DNA from: the human T2T-CHM13v2.0 reference genome, Homo sapiens
Reading direction: 5' to 3' (one strand)
Assembly (NCBI RefSeq): GCF_009914755.1
Contig: NC_060936.1
Length of the DNA: 64,000 nucleotides
Under the pieces are notes generated by a model. That model saw only the letters and a program-made list of their open reading frames with translations. It had not been told where the DNA came from and did not search any database. Position numbers and translations under genes: made by a program. This document shows positions 55,544-64,000 of the stretch, piece after piece. How positions within the stretch are numbered: position 1 is the first letter of the stretch; each line of letters opens with the position of its first letter.

Positions 55544-57310
55544 TGCCATGTAAAACTCTGGGGGGTCAAACTCTTTGGGTTTGAATTTGAATCCTGGTTG
55601 TACCACTTAGCAGCTGTGTGAGCTCAGATAATTTCCTAACAGCCCTCAGCCTCAGTTTCCTCATCTGTAAAATGGAATATTGATAGCAATCAATCACCTG
55701 GAGAACTGTTGCGATAATGACTGTAAAAGGGCTACTTAGCACAGAGCCTGTAATTATAAACACTCAATGCTTGTTAGTTATGACTTCAGTTTATTATAGC
55801 AATATTTCATGATCACTAACATATCAGTGTTCCAGCCTTTCTAGGTGCTCTTCTTTCTGAACAATTTTGAGAACAATTGTTCTAAAAATGTCCTACATCA
55901 CACACATGCTGCCATCACCACCCTCGCCCTCTCTTATTATCATCTTCAGAATTATTCCATTTTTGACTTAACCTGTATCTTATGTAACTCACCTCATTCT
56001 AGCTAAATCAGTGTGTGATGACTGCCTTCTCTCATGTACACGTGACACATTATCCAGTCACCCTGAGGACAATGAGGTGTTCACATATGGATTTTTGGCA
56101 TTCTTGTTATTGCCATCCGTGGTACCCCTCAAGGGGCAACAGATTCACTGTTACCTTTTCAGCCCTGGGGCTTTTCAAAGAATTCTTCATCAATCCATAG
56201 GCATGATTTGAAATTCCACTTCTGTCTCATTGCCCTCAGTATGAATTTCTTGTAGAAATTTTGCAATTTCTCTTAGGGAATTTCCTGTGACACCTGTAGC
56301 ATTCTCTAACCCTTTCATTCCCCAGTTCCTGGCACCCAGGAAGTGTCATAAAAATTGTTGAGTAGGTAAGAGTTACATCAGTATAGTAAAATGACCCCAG
56401 CAAACACTCATTTTAAGATGGAAGCATTGAGATAGGATGTTTTACAGTCCCCATTCATATCACCAGCTTTAATTATTTTTTCTTTTCTGAAAAATAGACT
56501 AGGTTTATTGTCAAAAGAAAGAAAGTGAATATCCTGCTTTCAGAGTTAAATTTGTGACAATTAGTTCCCTTTAACCAACTTCTTTCCCTAATCATTTCTC
56601 TCTCTTGTTCAAAGCATTGTTTCTTATGTGTGTTTTTAAAAATATGCCACAAGATTTCCACAATATATGGTTATAAAACAGGAACTTGTCATTGTATTAA
56701 ATTTCTAATTTCTTGCTTCTTGAAAAGCCCTTCTTTACCCACACCTAAAATGACCCCTGAAGTAAGACCCACAACTCTCATTTTTAAACTATGTTCAGCA
56801 TACTTTATTCTACATGAGTTTATCTCCTTCAGTGTGTGGAAGGACATCTACTGATTCCATTGCATTAGAATTTATTTTAGATCACTTCTTGTTGATGGCA
56901 AATCTTTACCTACTGAGGGTGGGTGGAATTTTTGGAAACAAACGCCCGATGACTAAGATTGGAGATCAAACTGATCAAGATCATATTATTTGGGGTCAAA
57001 ATTGAAGGCTGTATTATGTAGAGTGATGAGACTGAATGGCCTTCCTGGGTGGCTCTGGGGGTGTCTCTTGAGGCAACACCAAGAGAGGCAGTGGGGCAGG
57101 GGGTGTCATTCACAATGAGAGGACACCGTGCTGGCTCTGGCATGTGTGGGCATGTGTCAGCCACAGTAAAGAAGATGACAGGTAGAAGAATCAGATTCCT
57201 GTTTCTTCCACTGGCCAGAGACTGTGAATGGAGACAGCCTTGAATCACCCTAGATCCCAGTTCCTCATTTGTAAAGTGAGATCATCATACTCTCTTCCAG
57301 TGTTGTTTTC

Positions 57311-57623
57311 CTTCTTTCTTTTCTTTTCTTTCTTTTGTTTGGAGATGGAGTCTCGCTCTGTCACCCAGGCTGGAGTGCAGTGGCATGATCTTGGCTCACT
57401 GCAACTTCCGCCTCTCAGGTTCAAGTGATTCTCCTGCCTCAGCCTCCTGAGTAGCTGGGACTACAGGTGCACGCCACCACGCCTGACTAGTTTTTTGTAT
57501 TTTAGTAGAGACAGGGTTTCACTGTGTTGCCCAGGCTTGTCTCAAACTCCTAAGCTCAGGCAATCCGCCCACCTCGGCCTCCCAAAGTGCTAGGATTACA
57601 GGCATGAGCCACCACACCCGGCC
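57311..57623 (-). mobile_element. AluS
   Basis: Perfect 15-bp TSD TCCAGTGTTGTTTTC (57296-57310, 57624-57638). Confidence 0.92.
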
Positions 57624-59499
57624 TCCAGTGTTGTTTTCTAAGACAAAATGTACTACCGAGTATAAAACCACCTCATTTAGGGCATGGTGCTTAGTGATGC
57701 TCAGTGGCTGACAGTTCCTCTTTTCACTCTTTCCTTTCCTCATCTTAAATTAGGAGGGCAATTGTTTGAACATGCCATCTCGGAAATTCTTGCTTAAAAC
57801 TCATGTTTCTTTAAAAAAAAATTGCACCCACAAAATGATGTAAGGGTATCCTGCATGCTGGGCTACCTTCAACTGGAGTGTGGTGTATGGGGAGGAGAAC
57901 GGACAGGGGAGATGAGTGACATGGCCACCACCACCTAAAGAAGAATTCCAACAGCTCCAGAGAGAGTAGTTCTCCAGAGCTTCTCTGCTTCCCACCCCTA
58001 TCCCTGCGGAGCCCCCAGCTCTGTCTGCCCAGGCTGAAAGAGAGAAGGGTGGGATTCATGAGTAATTAAAGGGAATTTGGAAGGCTGGGATGTTGCGGAA
58101 TGTTAGATCAGTAGCTAGAACAGCATGTGGTGTTCTTTAGGCAGGCTTCATTGAATCCATACAAAAAAAGAAAGAGGGGCTGCCTGCCTGTCTGCTCATT
58201 TATCAAACAGCGAAGCTCAACTTTCACAGCTCCACAAAAGTGTTTTACTGTTTGCTGAGTCTTGCTCCAGAAATTAAAAGCTGAGCAGCCTGAGCGGGGC
58301 TGAACCGACCCTGCATTTTGAGACTCGAACTAAATTGTGCTGGGCTTTCAGATTCAGGGACCAGTTGATTATTTGGTGAAAGGAGAGGAGAATAATTTGT
58401 AATTTGCAGCCCATAAGAAACACTTAAAAAAAAAAAAAAAAAAGCCAAACCCCCTTCCCACAGGTTTTTGTTGCAGCTGCAAGGAGGAGGTGCTATCTGC
58501 AGCAGCCCTTTCTTTGCTCAGAGTGGGAAAAGTCTTGACCTGCATTTGGGCAGAATGTGATGTGATACAGCAGCGCTTCCACCCATCCCCCATCCCCTAC
58601 TCACAGCAAACTCCCTTTCCTCTGATTTCTTTACTTGAGATTGCCTTTTTCTCTCTTCGGAGGAGGAGGAGAAGATTTGGCCATTAGATACTTTTAGGTA
58701 AAAGAATTTTCACAAACAGAACTAAATATTCCAACCACACTAATATGTTCCTTGGGAAAGCATAATATACCACAAAAGCCCAAAAACTAGATTGAATGAG
58801 GAGCGTCTGCAAATCCATGAAGGATGGAAGTATAGAGGGCTAACTCCGTCAGTGAAGAGAAAGGGCTAGAAAATAATGATAACTAGAGGACGAGTCACTA
58901 GAGAGGCAGAGAGGAGTGTTAATAGATATGGACCCCCTGCTCCGGCTCCTCCCTGGCAGCTGGTCACTCCTGGCTCCCCTCCAGCCAGCGGGCTGTGAAA
59001 GCCTGTTGAGGTTGAGCTCTTGCCCTGCACTCTTGTCCCACTTCCGGCTGGTGAAGTCCCAGGAGGCAAGCCTGGGTACCCAGTCTCTAGCCTCTCTGAT
59101 CCTGCTACGAGCCTGTGAGATAAGCTGAGCGAGTGTTATGATCCCCACTTTATAGATGAAGAACTTGATGCTCAAATGGAAGAAAGAGCAAAAGGTCTTT
59201 TGTGACTTTTCAATTTAGCACATTTTTATAAAGTGTTAATGCTGTCCTATACTTTATAAAAGTGTGTTTTAAGAACATTGAAATGTGTCTCCCCTTGGAT
59301 AAAGCAGCTCCACCTTTGAGAAACTATCACGAGGAGGAAATCCCAAAACAAAGTATCCACAATAAAAAACAAAAATCATGCCACAAAAAGATATTGCTTA
59401 TAGCATTATTTGCATTAACACAATGCTGGAGACAACTTCAATGGCCAATCAAAGAGGAATGATTCTTTCATTCTTTCATTCAATGAGTCAATGAATTAA

Positions 59500-60520
<1,021 letters not shown>

Positions 60521-60683
60521 CCTGCTTTGTACCATTAGCCAACCTATTATGGTTATTGAGGCTGCAGCTTGTTGAACATGGGGAAAATGAGGCTGGAGAT
60601 CCAGTTTGTGTGGAGTCTTACAGGCCTAGGTCAGGACTTTATAGAGCTAAGCAGAACACTGATTATTTATAAAGATTCTATGG

Positions 60684-61300
<617 letters not shown>

Positions 61301-62889
61301 AAAGATTCTATGGATCACATAACTACGGTCACCCAACAAGTGGCCCAGGGAAAGTTTCTAGGAGGAAATAAGGTACAAGCTGAGATGTGAGGATGAGTAG
61401 ACATTAGGCAGAAAAAGGGTGTGAAGAGAGGGCTCTGGACAATGAGAACATCCTGTGGGAAGGGCCAGAGTAAGACAGAACACAGTGTGTTCATGAAACT
61501 TGGAAGAAGTTCCATTCCGTATGGCCGGAGCACAGGAATTGGGAGAGGACGGGGAGAGGTAAGCTGGAACAAAGGCAGGGCCAATTAGGCAGGACCTGGT
61601 GGGTCTGGGTTCTGTCTAGAGGCTTCATGGAAAAGTGGTCGTGATGGGGCATGACGGGAAGCAGGGCCAATGAGACTATGGCAGCACTCCAGGTGCAAAA
61701 CCATGGTCCTGGGATGCGTAGAGATGGGAGGATATGGGTAGAATCAGGAATATGAAGATAGAGGGTAGAACTTGGTCACAGGTTGGAAGTGGCACATACA
61801 AGGCAATCATGGTTTGGGAAAGGCGAGCTCTGGTGTGGTCAGGTAATGGGGAAAGGCTCACAGAGCAGCAGAGTGCATGCTGCGTGGCTGGATGGGCTCT
61901 GAGGGCACAGGTAGTGAGGAGGGAGAGAGAGTTTAAGGTAGAAGGTGCAGAGGTATGGACCTGGGAAGCATTCAGGGAATAGTGCAACACCAAGTAGTCT
62001 GACTTGGACAGAACCTCGAGTTCATGGAAGGAAATTTAGAGAAAAGATGGAAGCAAAGAGTGGTGTCTGAGTTTCAATCAAAAGAACCTCTGCTAAGTCA
62101 GGTGACCGTGGAGAATTGCCAGAGGCCTCTAGGTAGACAGGTAATGATCTGCATCATTCCTTCAGTAAACCTACTTGGGGACCTCAATTATGCAAATAAT
62201 GATTTTTGATTAGCATTTTATTAAGCAGGAGCATTTCACTGCCAGATGATCACTTGAGTGGGTGCAGGGAAATTTCATCCAGGAGGAGACACGGGGCTGT
62301 CTGCTGATGACACCATCCCCTCAGCTGCTTCTCACCTTCCCTAGCCTATTGGGTGCAGGGCCCTCAGATCCTGTTCATAGCAGAGGCCACCAGAACATCT
62401 CCAAGAGGGTCAATGTGAGGAGAATAGAAGAGAAATCTTCACTGAAGAGTTGATGAGAACGAGAAATCATTTCATTCCTCAAACACACCCAATGTGTAAA
62501 TGTAGGAATATGACATAAAAGAAATAAAGGTTACTGTTAAAGGAAGGAATGAGAGGCTTCGAGACATTCTCATTCGTCTAGAAGCAGTAACATTGCGGTG
62601 GTAGAGTGTTAAGTTGGACTGGATGCATTCAAATCGCAGGTCTGCATCTGAGCTGTGTGGCTTTGTGCAGGTTGCTTAGCCTCTCTAAACCTCACTTTAC
62701 TCATCTATACTGAGGGAATATCAGTGGAACCTGGCGCTGGATTGTTGTGATGATTAACTGAGATAATACATGTAAAGTGGTTAGCACAGTGCCTGAGCCA
62801 GGACTGGAACCCGGGTGAGCCTGACTCCAAAGCCTGTGTGCCTAATCACTGTATACCACTGTTTCCCAATTCACTAGGAAAACAGAGAA

Positions 62890-63650
62890 AGGAGGCAGCT
62901 AAGGCTGCATGGGAAGGGTCACAGGGCAAGTGGGAGAGGCTTGGAGAAAGCTAGGAGTTCCTTGGGGTGAGTGGAAACAGTGTGGCCTTGGCATTCCAGG
63001 CACAGGGAACAGCACTGTGGATGTGGGAGCAACATAAGCCTGGAGCTCTGGGGAGTGGCTGGATTTCAGGCTGGGCAGCTGGGTGGGAGTCGATCACAGA
63101 GGGCCTCATGGACCATCCTGAGGAGCCTGGATTTTTATTCAGAGTGGGCAGCAAGAAGACATCCAGCATTTTCAATGAGGAAGTGAAATGATCATATTGG
63201 CATTTTAGAAAGATCCTGCCGCTGAGGCCGGGTGTGGTGCATGTACCTGCAGTCCTAGCTTCTCTGGAGGCTGAGGCAGGAGGATCTCTTGAGCCCAGGA
63301 ATTCAAGGCTGCAGTGAGCTAGGATAGCACCACTACTCCAGCCTGGTCAACAGAGTGAGACCCTGTCTCAAAAAAATCAAAAAAACAAATTCCACTGGTG
63401 AGGCAACAAGACTGGTGGCAGGGAAACCAGTTAGAAGAATGTTTCTGTGGTCCAGGCAGTGAGAGATCACAGTGGACTAGTGCAGTAGTGGGGGTAAGGG
63501 CAGAAAGAGAGAAGGGGCTAGGTTCAGGAGACATCCTGAAGGCAGAACCAGTAGGACCTGGGGTTGTGCAGTGTTAGGAAGAGAGGAGTCAGGGAGGACT
63601 CTCCTGTTCTGTCTTAGGTAACTCAGTGGAGATTGATGCTGGTCACACAG
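62890..63650 (+). mobile_element. L2 remnant with Alu monomer (FRAM-like) at 63226-63389
   Basis: ttttagaaagatc...gaaaccagttagaag...gtccaggcagtgaga; monomer ggccgggtgtggtgc...gaccctgtctc plus A-tail. Confidence 0.65.
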
Positions 63651-64000
63651 ATGTTAAAACTGCATGTATTGATCTATACATTATTCAAAAAGAATAAGTA
63701 AAAACCATCAGGAATGAAGGGAGTCATAGATTAAATTGATCCGTGAATTCCCAGGCCCCATGCTATGGCTTGATAATTCCTCAAGATCACAGTGCGTAGA
63801 ATCACAAACACACTGATTGTACACGTTATTGCCTCACAGAGGTAGAACAAATGGCTCCAGAAGGCCAGTCATTTCCCAGGGGCCTTCTGGCACATCTCTA
63901 GAACACAGTCGGCAACCCCTGGTACCTTCACCTAGGGCCAGGCATCAAGGGCTTGGCCTGTGTTGCTTTATAGATGTTATGTAGGATACCATTTGGATAA

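Noticed and set aside
55870-55883. Steroid receptor element AGAACA..TGTTCT
   Set aside because: Spacer is 2 nt; canonical GRE/ARE needs 3.
57640-59250. Long unique stretch as possible antisense lncRNA exon or enhancer
   Set aside because: No convincing splice pair or motif cluster that I can support from sequence alone.

Overview
Primate (most likely human) genomic DNA from inside a large, repeat-rich gene on the + strand. Only two confident coding exons are present: 24994-25054 (61 nt) and 39890-40013 (124 nt). They splice in frame to (D)[20 protein letters not shown]|[41 protein letters not shown], the N-terminal half of an RFX winged-helix DNA-binding domain. I recognise this as RFX4 (exons 3-4 of the long isoform; numbering from recall). 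The rest is intron: about 25 Alus (mostly antisense), two long decayed antisense L1s (~0.5-7.7 kb and ~47.0-53.5 kb), a solo MER11 (HERV-K HML-8) LTR with a 6-bp TSD, MaLR/ERVL LTRs, hAT-Charlie MITEs, many MIR/L2 fragments and microsatellites. Most other ORF-track entries are repeat-derived and the rest are short and unsupported. There is no prokaryotic-type system, CRISPR array or structural RNA gene. Best leads: (1) a GC-box/CpG-rich island at ~30.5-31.2 kb followed by an ATG-containing segment whose donor (31598) is in phase with the 124-nt exon, a candidate internal-promoter RFX4 isoform lacking the conserved DBD Trp; (2) a head-to-head Alu pair at 27.7-28.3 kb whose ~30-nt spacer is itself a perfect hairpin. 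Repeat subfamily names are by-eye recognition and many repeat boundaries are approximate.
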